A stretch of DNA of 63,610 nucleotides, counting the filler, from Octopus bimaculoides (taxonomy: Eukaryota): the NCBI RefSeq assembly GCF_001194135.2. It is 4 parts of 4 records of this genome, joined end to end, with 100 filler letters (N's around TTAATTAATTAA, not from the genome) between each part and the next. Parts side by side here need not be neighbours in the genome. Positions count along the whole stretch, not along the records: positions 23,882 to 53,209 come from NC_069000.1; 3 more parts are not named here. One strand, 5' to 3'. The position numbers were made by a program, and so were the translations under genes. The notes beneath the pieces were generated by a model. That model saw only the letters and a list, made by a program, of their open reading frames with translations, searched no databases and was not told the DNA's origin. Each line of letters opens with the position of its first letter. Within the stretch, counting starts at the first letter, position 1. Positions 34,431 to 47,989 of the stretch are shown here, in pieces.

Positions 34431-35800
34431 CTACATTATTTGAATAGGTGCAAGCCCAGAAACAACTTCATCAAGATTGCTATTATAAACTGTTTGACTC
34501 ATTACCTGTTTGGTAATGGACAGGAAGATGAAGAAAAAATCTGATACTCCATCGGTTACTACGACGAGTGTTCTAGTTGATTCCATTAGCGGTGCTGCCT
34601 CTCGTGAAATTAATGTGCAAGTGTCTGAGCACTCCACAGACATTTGTACGCTCCACGTAGTTATCGTTCAGCGTGGTACAGATCGTAACATGGCTGACTT
34701 TTGGCTTTTGGCATACAAGTACTGCTAATTTTTAACATTTGAGTAGAATGGGGCATCGTGAAATAAAGTGCCTTGTTCAATAGGACAACGGGAATCTAAC
34801 TCACGACCTTACGATCGTTTGCCGAATACCCTAACCATTAAGCCACGCACCAGGAAGAAATCTGTTGTGACTACCAATTTCTAAAAGTGAAGAGCATAAG
34901 AACAATTGAAAGAAGCGATTATCCATTGATCGAGGCATATCACACTGTAACATCGACCTGTTCTTGAAAACTGAAGCCTGATCTGAATCACAGGCAAAAT
35001 AATACACGAAGCCTCCGCTTATTCTTTCATACATCAGTGTATGGTTAAGTGCAAAACAAGGTTTACAAGAAGGTATATCATTAGTAATATATGCTCTTCT
35101 TGTTTCCTTTGGGGAGCAATATGGAATGATGTAAGCTCGCTTCTCACAAACAATGATGCGTTGTCAGGAGAGGTCAGTATAGACTTGCGCCATTTTACGT
35201 CTTCTCGAATGCACAGAATTATCCAGAAACTGTGCCTAAATATGAATGTAGAGACTCACGAGGTTGATTGTGCAGACAGCCCTGCTATCATACTTGCGGC
35301 ATTAAGAGTCATTTCTGTTGAATAGGAACGTTTATAAAACAGAAATGCACAGAAAATAGTAACACCGACAACAACTGTAGACTTGGGAAGGTGCCACTCC
35401 AACAGCTGCGCCAGGAAAAGTTATAGAATTGTTAGCGGAGATAGCCTTGTCTTTTTTTCCAGTGACTAGCAAGGAAGCTGGAGGTCTCTTGTTTTGTCTA
35501 GCCATAACCGGCAGCGACAGTGAAGTTGGAATTGAAGATGATTGTGGTTGACAGAAGGTACAGTTGCTCCAGTGACTAAGAATACGCTTCAACCTCGGCG
35601 GTCTTCCCTCCACCATCTAAGAGTATCATCGCGTCAATTGTAATGATATGGATGCAGTGAAGATCAGCGAATAGCGGTAAGCAGTCGATGAAGAAAAGAA
35701 AATGAGACAAAAGCAAAATAGAAAAAGGAAGTTGAATCCAGCCAAAAGTTATCTACTATGCAAACGATGACAAAAAATTTCACTGTAATGAACCAACAAC
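34431..35800 (-). pseudogene. Intronless, heavily decayed monocarboxylate transporter (SLC16/MFS)-like pseudogene
   Basis: Motifs in MCT order across frameshifts: ELLVHYS, TAYRYS, LLDGGG, AYS*SLEQLYLL..VAAGYG, KKDKAISANNSITFPGAAVG, EW...VGVTIFCAFL, RFFQLFLCSSLL, YLYAKSQKSAML.SV and VCGVL. Interrupted by a SINE at 34745-34852. Confidence 0.55.
34745..34852 (-). mobile_element. tRNA-headed SINE 5' fragment (family of 37420-37720)
   Basis: gcgtggcttaatggttagggtattcggc...gtgagttagattccc A/B boxes. Confidence 0.7.
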
Positions 35801-35949
35801 TCTAATATGTGTTTTGCTTTGCTTAATCATATCTTGTTTTGATCCTAGTGTATCTTATATATTCATACAATTATTCTATGTTTATTTTCTTAATCTATAT
35901 CAATATATTTTCAAATGTTCATCGTGTTTTTGATATATTTATCAAACGA

Positions 35950-36160
35950 AGACGGCGAGTTGGCAGAATCGTTAGAACACCGAGCAAAATGCTTAGAGCC
36001 ATGTCGCCTGTCTTTGCTTTCTAAGTATAAATTCCGCCGAGCTCAACTTGGCTATTCATCATTTAGGGATGGATAAAATAAGTACCAGTTCAACATTGAA
36101 GTCGATGTAATTGTTTTACCCCCTCATCCCAAATTTCTAGCCTGATGCTAAAATTTGAAA
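35950..36160 (+). mobile_element. Short-family SINE
   Basis: ggcgagttggcagaatcgttag...aattccgccgag...gataaaataagtaccag. Confidence 0.7.
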
Positions 36161-36324
36161 CCGATATCTTCATCATAACTACCTTCAGTTTTACATAACG
36201 GTGTCACGTCTGCCGCTGTAGGTTTTGTAATCTGAAGGTGTACGTTTTTCTATTGTATGTGAGTAGGTCCTTCAGCGTCAAAGAAATTAATATTATCGAT
36301 ATTGTTATTATTGTTGTTGCTGTA

Positions 36325-36362
<38 letters not shown>

Positions 36363-36854
36363 TGTTGTTATTATTTTCGCTGATATTTACATAAATTTTA
36401 TACACTGATCTAAGTGCCAACCCAAACAATAAATATCTATTCTCTTTTTCTTTCTATCCAACAGGCTGTTCATACAGCATAAGTTCCAATACCAACAGAC
36501 ACAAACATTTTTTATCAGTTCCAAAAAAGGTAAGTTCTATACTTCGTTTCACTTTGCTTTATTTGTTCTATTGTCTAATATTTATTTATATTTAGCTATA
36601 AAGAACAAGGTATAGCTTTGTTACGCGCTATACTGGCCAAAGCATTGAGCTCAGTAAATCATATCTTTTTCATAGATATCTTTTCATCTATGATTTACTC
36701 CACAAACATATATTTATTTTTTATAGCCATATATAAATACATCTATCCATCAATACGTACATACGTACGTACACATGGATTATTTATATATCGTTGTGTG
36801 CTCGTTTATTAGTTTATACATTGTATATGAGAGTGTGCGTGCCCGCGTGAGTGT

Positions 36855-36880
36855 TGTGTGTATGTGTGTGTATGTGTGTA

Positions 36881-36920
<40 letters not shown>

Positions 36921-36939
36921 TGTGTGTGTNNNNNNNNNN

Positions 36940-36984
<45 letters not shown>
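36855..36984. repeat. (GT)n microsatellite
   Basis: Read directly. Confidence 0.9.
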
Positions 36985-37419
36985 AAAAAGCGGACATATT
37001 TCTATGTAGTGTCACAAAATTATTACAGACTCAACACTTGTAAATTTCGTTTAGTGAACACTTCCCGCAGCGAAACATCCATTGGAAAGCGGTGTCATGT
37101 AAAGATAATTTTCGAAGAAATAGAATCAAAAACGTACACACACATGCATTTATCATACATTAAAGCGTGTTGTTTATTATATATGTGCATTCACATAACA
37201 TTTATAATTTAATAAAACGATGATTTATTCAAAACTCGTTAGGTTTAATTAAACCTACAACCTCATATAACTTCACCGGGTTCTCGAAAGTCAAATAAGG
37301 TATTTTCATGGCTATAAAACCATAAAGTCATTATTAAAGAAATAGGTAAATGTGTCCATACGTATATAGGAAAATTTATGTCGTTCGAATTTGGTCAGTA
37401 CGTAATCTAATATGCGTAG

Positions 37420-37720
37420 AATAGGCGCGTGGCTTAGTGGTTAGGGTAATCGGCTCACGACCGTAACGCTGTGAGTTCGATTCCCGGCGGTGTGTTGAGT
37501 TTTTAAGTTTAAGACACTTTATTTTACGTTGCTCTACTCAGCTGTCAAAAATGAGTTGTACTTGTAATTGAAAGGACCGGCCTTGTCACATTCTCTGTCA
37601 CGCGGAATCACACAGACGCCTTTCTATGGATTGCTCAGTCGCTTACACGTTAATTTCGCGAGCAGGCTGTTCCGATGATCGAATCAACTGGAAACATCAT
37701 CGTCGTAATCGACGAAGTGC
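37420..37720 (+). mobile_element. tRNA-derived SINE
   Basis: A box tggcttagtgg, B box gagttcgattcc and aagacactttatttt core. Confidence 0.75.
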
Positions 37721-40183
37721 CATTTTTTAAAATGTAAAATATATGGTGAAACTAGGAATATGTGTTCGACATTCAATCTTTAAATTAGCGAGTTCAACAT
37801 TTATTGTCATATATTTGTTTTCCTTTGGCTTATTTTTTTCTATTGTTTATTATTTATTTATACTTAGCTATGTTGAGGGCATGTGTATATCTTAAACAGG
37901 GTGAAAGTTATAATTTATATTGTGTAATGGAATGCAATAAGAAATACATGCTATTGTTGATGATGTTAACGAGAATTTATGTGTGAATTGGAATATCCTA
38001 ATAAGATTTGTGCTTTGATTGGTGTAAGTTTCAATATGGCAACCACTCGACTCAGAATTTGCGACAAGTCAATTGTTCTTAGAATTTGAATATCTCAGAG
38101 GCCCCTGAGGGCAACTGGTGGGAAGCAAATGGGATTAACAAATACACCTTTTTGGAGGAATTACAATAACTAACAGCTACTGCTGGTATTTCTTCCGATT
38201 TAGAGAAAAATTAATGATATGGCGAGCAACAGTTTGACGCCCAAGAATAACATATTAAAACCATGAGGGCTGAAGAGTGCTAATTAACTGCTTATAATAA
38301 TTATCGCTATATTTGTGTATATAGGTGTGCGTGTGTGTATTTGCGGGGGTGTGTGTTAATATATGCATATATGCATAAAAGCATTCAAATACACATGTGT
38401 ACATACATAACCACAACGCACGTATACAATTTTATATATATTTGTATACATATTCACACATACACACACGTGTCTACTATATGTATAAAATACATATATG
38501 GTTGGACAATGCTAACACAAACACCTTGTTGATCATTTAAGTCTTTTAGCAAAATCCTCCACATGTAGTGTATCTGTTTATCACCGGAAGAGACACATCT
38601 ACCGCGTCAGATGCTTCTGGACCAGTTGTTAAGTATCCCACTCGTGTGGGATCGATACTAAATGTGTCGAAAATATAAACTGTTGTATCTTCCATCTTCC
38701 GTGTCTCATTAATCATATACATATAAGCAGTTGCCGTTCTAAACCGCAATATTTATACAATACAGGTGTTTCAATGTTGGGTATTAATTTCTTGTTAATT
38801 TCAGTACTATTTTCCATTTCCTACTTTCTCATACAAAACATCTGTTCATCTTTTCTTTTCCTTTTTGTTTCGTGAACATTTCCTATACTTGTTATTGAAG
38901 TTTGTAAGTTGCCCGCATGTTGCGTCCTTTATTAATAACCATTTTGCAAAACTTTGAATTGTGAATTTGATCACTTTAAAGACTTGTGTTCCACACACGT
39001 GCGTTCCTTCTTTTGGTTTTTTTTACATACTTTCACAATGTCTCACATATAATATATAATGTGTTCAATATTTTCAAATAAGTGTCATCCTTGTAATTAT
39101 CAGTCAAAATCCCCTCTTAAATTGTTTAAAAGCTAAAAGGAAAAAGGGAACATTCAGCATACATAATACCAGTAATATCAACGAATCCACATTTTAAAAA
39201 TATAATACAATGTTGTTGAAACTGGTTCCCATCTTGAAAACAAACCGATGAAGAAACGGACATGGGTTCATCTCGTTTGATTTCGTTTGATCTCTTCAGT
39301 CAAGCAATTCCATTTCAGTTGGCAGAATTTAGCGACTATCTTTAGAAACAGTTGAACTGTAGTTTGAGCGAACAAACGTGAGGAGGGCTTCTGAATATTA
39401 AATACACTCACCGTTGGTGTTCTCATTCAATCAGCTATGATTACTTTTGTATTTAAAAGATAGCAAATACATATTTTTATATATGGCTCTTTAAAATCGC
39501 AAATGGGTGGTGTTAGAATATCAGTTAACTTAATTACCTACAGAAATTGCTAAATTTTGGAAGAACCATAATCGATACATATCTGAACAACATCTATGGA
39601 ACGTTGAATATCTGTTCATCTATTTGTTTGTCTGTCTCTGACTGCCAACAAACTTGTCTGTCGAGCTTATAATTTACACTCCATTTATTCGCTGCCGATC
39701 TCTTCAGGCGGAAATATTTCTTGAATCTCGACATTTCAAGCAGTATTAATACAACCGCTATAAGGCTAGGTAAGTATATAAAACTAAATGTGGGAAGAAT
39801 CGTAAGAGAGAAAATAGAATCATGAAGCTACGTGTTTCGCAGTATCGAGTTATATCCCCGCAAGTCATGAGCTCAAATGCTAATTTAGAAACGTACCAAT
39901 CCTGCATTAGGGAAAATGCACCATCACAATTGTTGTATATACACCATCACTATTGCTGTATATTGTGATCATATGCCAATGGATTCTAAACTGTTTTGCA
40001 GTTTTGTTTCACCACAATATTCGGTGGATTTCATTTGTGGCTGAAACTGAATAATTTGTCTATGCATCTTGAGACAAACGTTGGAAGTCAAGCCCAATAT
40101 ATTGCCAAATATAAATGAAATGCGAGACTTTGGATTCATAATTGCAGTCTAGACAAAGTCTTATAAATTTCTTCAGACATTGC

Positions 40184-40231
<48 letters not shown>

Positions 40232-40646
40232 NNNNNNNNNNNNNNNNNNNNNNNNNNNNNNNNNNNNNNNNNNNNNNNNNNNNNNNNNNNNNNNNNNNNN
40301 NNNNNNNNNNNNNNNNNNNNNNNNNNNNNNNNNNNNNNNNNNNNNNNNNNNNNNNNNNNNNNNNNNNNNNNNNNNNNNNNNNNNNNNNNNNNNNNNNNNN
40401 NNNNNNNNNNNNNNNNNNNNNNNNNNNNNNNNNNNNNNNNNNNNNNNNNNNNNNNNNNNNNNNNNNNNNNNNNNNNNNNNNNNNNNNNNNNNNNNNNNNN
40501 NNNNNNNNNNNNNNNNNNNNNNNNNNNNNNNNNNNNNNNNNNNNNNNNNNNNNNNNNNNNNNNNNNNNNNNNNNNNNNNNNNNNNNNNNNNNNNNNNNNN
40601 NNNNNNNNNNNNNNNNNNNNNNNNNNNNNNNNNNNNNNNNNNNNNN

Positions 40647-40686
<40 letters not shown>

Positions 40687-41399
40687 GTATGTATATACAT
40701 ATGTATGTACATGTACAAATATATATATATATGTTATAAATGAATGTATGTGTGTGGTTGTATCTGCGTTTATGTCCAACTGCCACTTGACAACAAATGT
40801 TCGTTTGTTTATATTCCTGTAATATAGCAGTTAGGCAAACAAAAAACTGACTTAAAATAAGTAAGTACTGTGATCGACCCGCTTGACTAAAATACCTGAA
40901 GGTGGTGCCACAGCATAGTCGCAGTCTAATATTGAAACAAGTAAAAGGTAAAACATAAAGGATATCGATGATGACGACTGAGATGACGTTGATCATAAAT
41001 TTGGTGGTTTAGGCCCAATTTCGTCACTAAACAAATACAAGAAAGAAATTATTGGGAAATATATGGGCCGTCTTTAGGCGAGTGAACTCAGTCATAGGCA
41101 GTCTTAGTTTTAGAATTAGACAGCCAACGAGTTGCCTGGATTGTCAATAGGATTTTCAGCAAGATTCCAGATTGCACTCAGGACAAAAAGTGGGTGAGGA
41201 AGATTCAAAAGAAAGAATACCCAGATTATAAAAATAACATCACAGTTTTTAACTTAATTTTAAACGTTGAGCAGAAGTCTTCGTCTTATTTTCAGCCTGT
41301 TTCTTTTTTTTCTTTCTTTTAATTCCTTCTAGTTATTTTTTGCTTACAGAAACGTCTTCCGAGACTTTGACTAATTCTTTTCCGGGTTCCTACATTGTG

Positions 41400-42415
41400 C
41401 TTTCCATGATATTTCTAGCAAAGATGGCTTTGCAATTAATCTGTGTGTTACACTCAACGGTTAAAAGAAAAAATTAGTGCTATTTGTTATGACGTAGTTC
41501 ATTAGAGAGATTCTTCTTTGAAGTCATGCTGTCAAATGTGGTGAAGTGGCTAAATAATTCTTAAATTCGGATAATGAATTACATTCTGAATTATGAACTC
41601 CATCTTTTAAGTCTTTTAACTTGAGAAGTATTTTCTATAGAGAGAGAGCGGTAAACCGTCTGCTGTTATATCTTCATTGATCATCAAGATCATTAGGACT
41701 TCTTTCTGACACAAAGGTTGGGGAATAAACAAATAGTTAAATAACTGATGCAGGACTTACACTGCGATAGTAAGCTACCTTTGCTTTTAATGTCATTAAT
41801 TCAGCAATAACTACATCTCCACTGAAAGGAAACATATTTCTTATTTGAATGCATAATTTCACTTGGCATTTCATGCAATCAGTCTGAAATCTTCTAACAT
41901 TGATTACATCATCAAAAGTTCCGTTAATTAAATGTGCTGATGCCTTTCCTCCCAGGTAAACATCATTAATATTTTTGTAATTACTTTCGTTGCTTGAATC
42001 CGTTTCTGATAATTTAATATATACCTGTGATTCATCTTTGGTGAAGTGACTCACGAGATGTCTGTATCCTGATAAATGTCATTAAATGCAGACAAAAGCA
42101 ACTGACATGCTCAGACTGTAATTCAATATCCAGTAAATTCACATTCTTCCGTACATAATGAAGAATAAGTAGCATGTGCTTGAGTCCGTGATTGTTTAGT
42201 ATCTCATAAATTCACCTGGAATCGTCAGATTTGTCTACGTTTGATTCACTTCTGAGGAAAGGTACCTTATTTGAGAAAGTTTAGGGAATTTGTGGAAAGT
42301 TGTCGCAACACCTTTTTGAAATGTGGTTAACTGCCGTTCTGTCTTGCTACTGTAAGAAAAGTAATATTAAAATATTTTAGCAAAGTCTCTAAAATTGACG
42401 GCAACACGCTGACAG
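41400..42415 (-). mobile_element. Decayed hAT-like transposase with candidate left TIR
   Basis: LLILHYVRKNVNLLDIELQSE, VYLGGKA, CIQIRNMFPF and YPNL...hATC-like tail; cagcgtgttgcc terminus at ~42411. Confidence 0.55.
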
Positions 42416-43639
42416 TAAGACTAAGGAAAGAGCAAAATAATAAAAGTCACGTTTCATAATAAAATAGAAGGTACGACATATTTCTATAATTTTAGGAATT
42501 CACTTTTGTCGCCCAAGGTGGAAGAACAATTACCGCTTGTGAATCCAATAATATTTCCCAGAGGAAAATTTCTCTCACGCAAGGTACGTTTGACAGAATT
42601 GTAAAGACTTAGACCTATTTCATTTTCAACTATTGTAGTATATATAATAAAATGTCTACGACATGATAGTTATTCAAATCAAAGCCACTGATAATTACAG
42701 CCAAAATTATGGTAAATGAAGTGTCTGAACTTTCATGAATTATGATAGAAACATTTTGTGTTTTGCAGAAATAACGTTAAATCTGTTTTTGTTTTTAAGA
42801 GAATCATTCAAATCTGAATATTACACGAAAGTAATTACACAGTCTGTTAATTCTCTGTTACAGATGAGCAGCGTTCGTAAAAGAAATGTTATGTTCATAA
42901 AACAACCAGCAAAGAGCAGTTCACATTTGACTGTTTGCTTACTCTCCGTTCATCTTTATTTAACATGAATGGAGAAATATCAATACTATGTTTAGCCATA
43001 GCAAAACATTTCTTATGTATTAGAGACGTTTCTGTTTCATTTGTGAGGATTTAGTTATGTTGCAGCTTAAAGAGCTGCTGGTTTCATTTTTAATTTGTGT
43101 AATGCAGTCCTTAAATTTAAGATTATATAACTGTTCTTCTTTCATTGACTTCCCCGCACCGTTTCTTTTTAAGTGGAAGTTTGCCTTTCATCAATTATTA
43201 TGACTGTAAATAACACATATTCAAGGTTAAAACAACTAAAACGGCACCGCTCATACCAAAAAACATCAATGCATAATATTAGCGGCTAGGTACAAAAGAC
43301 AGAATAAGAATATAGTACAATATATTTATATCAGCCATGATACAAAGCTCTACTTGTATACATCTATCTTCAAGCTACCGGTGATTTATGGTTGTGAGAC
43401 AGATGAAGTTACCGACGTCTTCCAAAGATATTGCTTTCGGACTATGTTAACGATTTCTTGATGCGATCGTATCAAAAATTAAGAAGTCATGTTAAGAGGT
43501 GGGCCGAGTAACCCAAAGGATACTATCACTGAAGAAATATTCGGGTCTGGATTAAGAGCTTGATATCGCTTTTAAGAGTGTTAAGTGGAGATTTCTTCTT
43601 GTGACATACTGCACAAGGAGAGACTGGAACTAAGGCTTA

Positions 43640-43655
43640 CACGCACACGCACGTA

Positions 43656-43730
<75 letters not shown>
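43640..43730. repeat. (CA)n microsatellite
   Basis: Read directly. Confidence 0.95.
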
Positions 43731-43733
<3 letters not shown>

Positions 43734-43984
43734 AAATAGCACTTAGGAAAAATTATGGCCTTTAGAACTAGTATTTTGTTCAGTAATCTTGATTATTATA
43801 TTGTTTCTGTTTTTAAATGAATGTCATCTGAAATGCTCACACGTCAAAAAAGAGTTTGCTGCATGAACTAATTCGCATTGAAGAAATAACCAAAGACAAT
43901 GCAACATAATGATTTTCAATTGATCATTTGCTGAATTTATTTACTCTTTAATTATACAGAAATAGGGAATGATGTAAGTATAGA

Positions 43985-44205
43985 TCCAGCTATGGCTTCA
44001 AACTTTGGCACAAGGCCAGTAATTTCAGGAGAGGTGTAAATGGATCATATCGACCTCAGTACTCAACTGGTACTTATTTTGTCGATCTCGAAAGGATGGA
44101 AAGCAAAGTCAACTTTCGCGGAATTTGAACTAATAAGTGCAAACAGACGAAATGCCTCAAAATCTTTTGCCGGGCTTGCTAACGATTCCGCCAGCTCGTT
44201 GCCTC
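43985..44205 (-). mobile_element. Short-family SINE
   Basis: Reverse complement of the 54410-type consensus. Confidence 0.7.
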
Positions 44206-44564
44206 AGAATAATGATATCGTAATGTGAAGGCTTCTGTAACATATTCCTACTCTTCCTTCCCGCTCTCTTTCTATCTCTCCCTAATTGAATCTCGTTTTG
44301 CTTTCGCTCCTCCTACACACAATCCCACACTTTCACGCGTTAAATATTACTTTTCTGTCCCTAAGAAACTCTAATATTCATTCCCTTCTCATATTTCCTC
44401 TATTTCTCACTGTTCTCTCTTCACACTTGATATCTCTTCCTTTCATTCTCACACTAGTCTTAATATTCAAAAGCTGCAGAGGAAGTAAATATATAAATGC
44501 ACATGACGTATTCTCATATTAGATAGGAATTATTTTCAAGAATTTTTTTGAGGTATGCAAGAGA

Positions 44565-44860
44565 AAGTGGCTGTGTGGTAAGAAGCTTGCTTCGCAACCA
44601 AATGGCTTCGGGTTCAGTTCCACTGCATGGCACCTGGGCCGACCAAATCCTTGTCAGCGGAATTTGATAGATGGAAACCCAAAGATGCTCGTGTGTGTGC
44701 GCGTCTTTTTGTCTGCAGTTGTCTCCCGTCACTGCCTGACAACCGGTGTTATGAGGACCAAGCTTTAAAAAAATGTAGTGGGTTCGATTCATTCGACTAA
44801 AAATTTTTCAAGGCGGTGCCCCAGCATGGTCGCAGTCTAATGACTGAAGCGAGTAAAATA
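44565..44860 (+). mobile_element. Long-family SINE
   Basis: gtgtggtaagaagcttgcttc...ggttcagttcc...ggcggtgccccagcatgg. Confidence 0.75.
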
Positions 44861-44999
44861 AAAATCTATTTTCAAAATGTAAACCAATAAGCTAAGATAA
44901 AAATTCCAACATTGGCAGTCTTGCACGTTATCTTCTGTTGTTTAATGCCAGTTCATCCTTCATCGGGAAAACCTGCGATTAATGATACACAAGCTCTAA

Positions 45000-46260
45000 A
45001 CACCCCATGCTTTATTATGTGCTTTAAATGCATTTTTCCTTTATAACACGATAAAAGTGATTTGAAGCAGAATTGATAGTTATTTCTACGTGGACAAATG
45101 ACTACACAAAGTCACGGTTGGCGACTTCGTATCCAACAGTGGTTTAATGTCTCGGTGATATGAACAGGCGTTGATGGGAATTCCCTTGTTAACTTCTGGT
45201 AGGTACATGTTTGAAATAGGATGATTCAAAGAACTGAAAATAAAATGTCTCTACTTTATTCGTAATTATCTTAATTCTTTCAAGAAGTTAATGTATCGAA
45301 GTAAATGGAATTCTCACACTTCATTTGGAACCAATAGGTTCATCAATATCCCATCGCTGCCGAAGCCGATCTTCGAATCGAAACCAACGAACGATTTTAA
45401 TTTGGTAATAATTGTCTTTTAGTCACAATTCCTGACAAAAGCATCACTGTTATTTTTCATTTATCTTTCCATTTTATCGGACAAAATCGATGAGGTTTGA
45501 AATCAGGACGAAGAAGGCCAGAACGAATACTGCAATATGGACTGTACGGTACTCTAGCAATTCAATTGATCCGCTGCCCTGGAGTGGTACTTTTTCAACC
45601 CCGAAAGATAAATTTTACCTCGGTGTGGTAAAATAAGAGCACAAAGAGGTGGATCAAATAAGTGTCAGGCAATGTAACAAACGCTCTAACAGCACAACCA
45701 AGTCGCAACGTTAAATAAAACGAAGTACTGAGTACTAGGATCGATGTTATCAACTGACGAAAAATTGCGGGCCATGTGCCTATAGTATTATTATTAGATA
45801 TCAAAAGGTTACTGAATTCTATCCCGAAAATTGCACTAGCCATCAAAATCATAATTGCAATACATCTATTTAAGGAAAGGTGAATTTATTTTATAAGAGA
45901 ATGTAAGTAACTGAATATATCCAGTAATATTACTGATGCTATATTGTATCGACGCCCGATAGAAAGAAGACAACTTAAAATTCCAGCACGTTCTAAGAAT
46001 ACAAGTTTGAAGAACGAGTTGTGTAGACTCAACCCTAATGCAACAGACCATGGAACTCTAACTGTGCAGTAACGATCACCTCGTATCTAGTGTTATATTA
46101 TCGAATGAATGTTTCGGAGTGTATCTCAGTATGACGTAACTTATGATAGATTTAACTCTAATAGCAATGAGGCCTTTCGTTAGTGGCTGCCATGCTGGTC
46201 CATTGAAGAACAAATTTGATATACAGCATATCAAATTACATCAACGTTTCTAGTAATTTG
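45000..46260 (-). mobile_element. Old Penelope-like RT remnant
   Basis: Degenerate NKF..Q..GIA(MG), A.AIF.G and FR.VDNI (cf. RYIDDI) motifs; many stops. Confidence 0.45.
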
Positions 46261-47287
46261 TCTTCTTCCGTTGCCAAATTGAAGAGTTTTTTTTTTTTAT
46301 TTTTATGAATGGAAAATTTCCAAAGTAATAAAGAAAAGATCAGAGAAAAAAATCAAAACACGAAAATAAAATTAAAAATACACAAGCATAATTTTAAAAG
46401 ATAGAAAAAAAAGAAACAATATGAGTGTTTAGCGAAGCGTCAAATAGGATAGAAATCCAGAGATTCTGCAAAACAAGACAAAGATAATTTCAAATAATTA
46501 TTCCAAGTGTGCCGTTGCGTATAACTGTCTACTTGTCGAGATTTTAATCTTACCAATTTTAAGCGTCTAGGAATTCTAATCCTAAAAACAGCGTTTGAAG
46601 TAAAATAAAAATCAATAACAACATCAATAACTTAACATCAGCAAAAACAACAACAACAATAATAATAAATGCAAGACAGAAATTCTTGTATAAATTGAAA
46701 CTAAATTTATTTTTAGTGCCATGTATCAAAAAGGAAAGCAAAAAAAACAAAAACAAAAGAACAACAACTCATGTCATGTTAGAAAAAAAATCATGAATAA
46801 ACTATTTTAAAAAATGATTCCTGAACGATTTCGTAATTACGCCGATGCAGTATTTGTCTGGTACTTGTTGCCATTGATCTGGGAATGATAAAAGGTTGTG
46901 CTGATCTTGCCAGGATTTGAGCTCAAGTCTTGTTCGTACGAGCTTGCGACGAATTTATTACGTGGTTATTGTATTGTCAAGAATAGCAATAAAAAATCTA
47001 TGAATTGAAATATGCCGCTCTATCTCAAATCCATACACTCTTTTATATACAAAGGACAAGATGAATACTATATCTACTGTTATGAAATAAGCAAATCATA
47101 AAGATGCAGCAATGAACAGTTCGATGCGGGAATATGTATATAAGAAATATATGACAAAAGTCAATGTGCAATTTAATGTATATGATGTGGAAAGTATCTT
47201 TTACTGCACATTAAGCAACACGTGTAGATATGATCATTCCTCTCTTCTCGACCGCCTACCACTGTGTGAGAAATTACGTAAATTGAA

Positions 47288-47330
<43 letters not shown>

Positions 47331-47989
47331 CACACACATGTGTGTGTGTGGGACGGAAGAATGTGTTCGTACTAACAACTTCACACTTCTCATCACACAA
47401 ATCAGGCAGAATCGTTCAGGCATCATAAACAATGTTCTGATAGTTCCGACTTTCTGTACTCTACCGAGGCCAACATTCATCTTTCTGAGATCGATAAATA
47501 AACTAACCATCCCTTAATATTGCCATTTTTTCTTTCTCTCTTTTCCTCTCTCTCCCTCCACCCATCGTCTTCTCTCTCTCTCTCTCTCTCTGTCTCTCTC
47601 CCTCTCTCTTTCTTGCACATACACACTCATATTTTCATTAGAGGAATTCGCTGCGTTTAGACATGGAAATGGATGAGCTCCGCCAGGTTTAGAATCCAGA
47701 CTTGTAGGTCATAACGATACTTCTACGATGCTAACAGGAGTTAACAACATGACATTACTATCTTCACGTCCCTTTTCATAGAAATAGCATGGACTACAAA
47801 ACCACAGAATGTAAATTGTCGCGCAAATTATAGTAATACAATTTGTTCAATTTTAACATTGAAGAACCTGAAATTATAAACACATAGTAAAATGATGAAT
47901 GTTGAGTATACTTGACACGGTGTGTCTGATCACATAGTTTACACCAGAACAGGGAGGTGTTATGGCATGACTCGGTCTACGGATCTGTG

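Noticed and set aside
35041-35325. Plus-strand 94-aa ORF (and 34510-34728)
   Set aside because: Antisense shadow of the minus-strand SLC16-like pseudogene.
40060-40996. Long ORFs (180-290 aa) here and at 24655-25215, 28280-28715 and 61933-62833
   Set aside because: Artefacts of N-gaps and dinucleotide microsatellites (X, YI, ER and SL runs).
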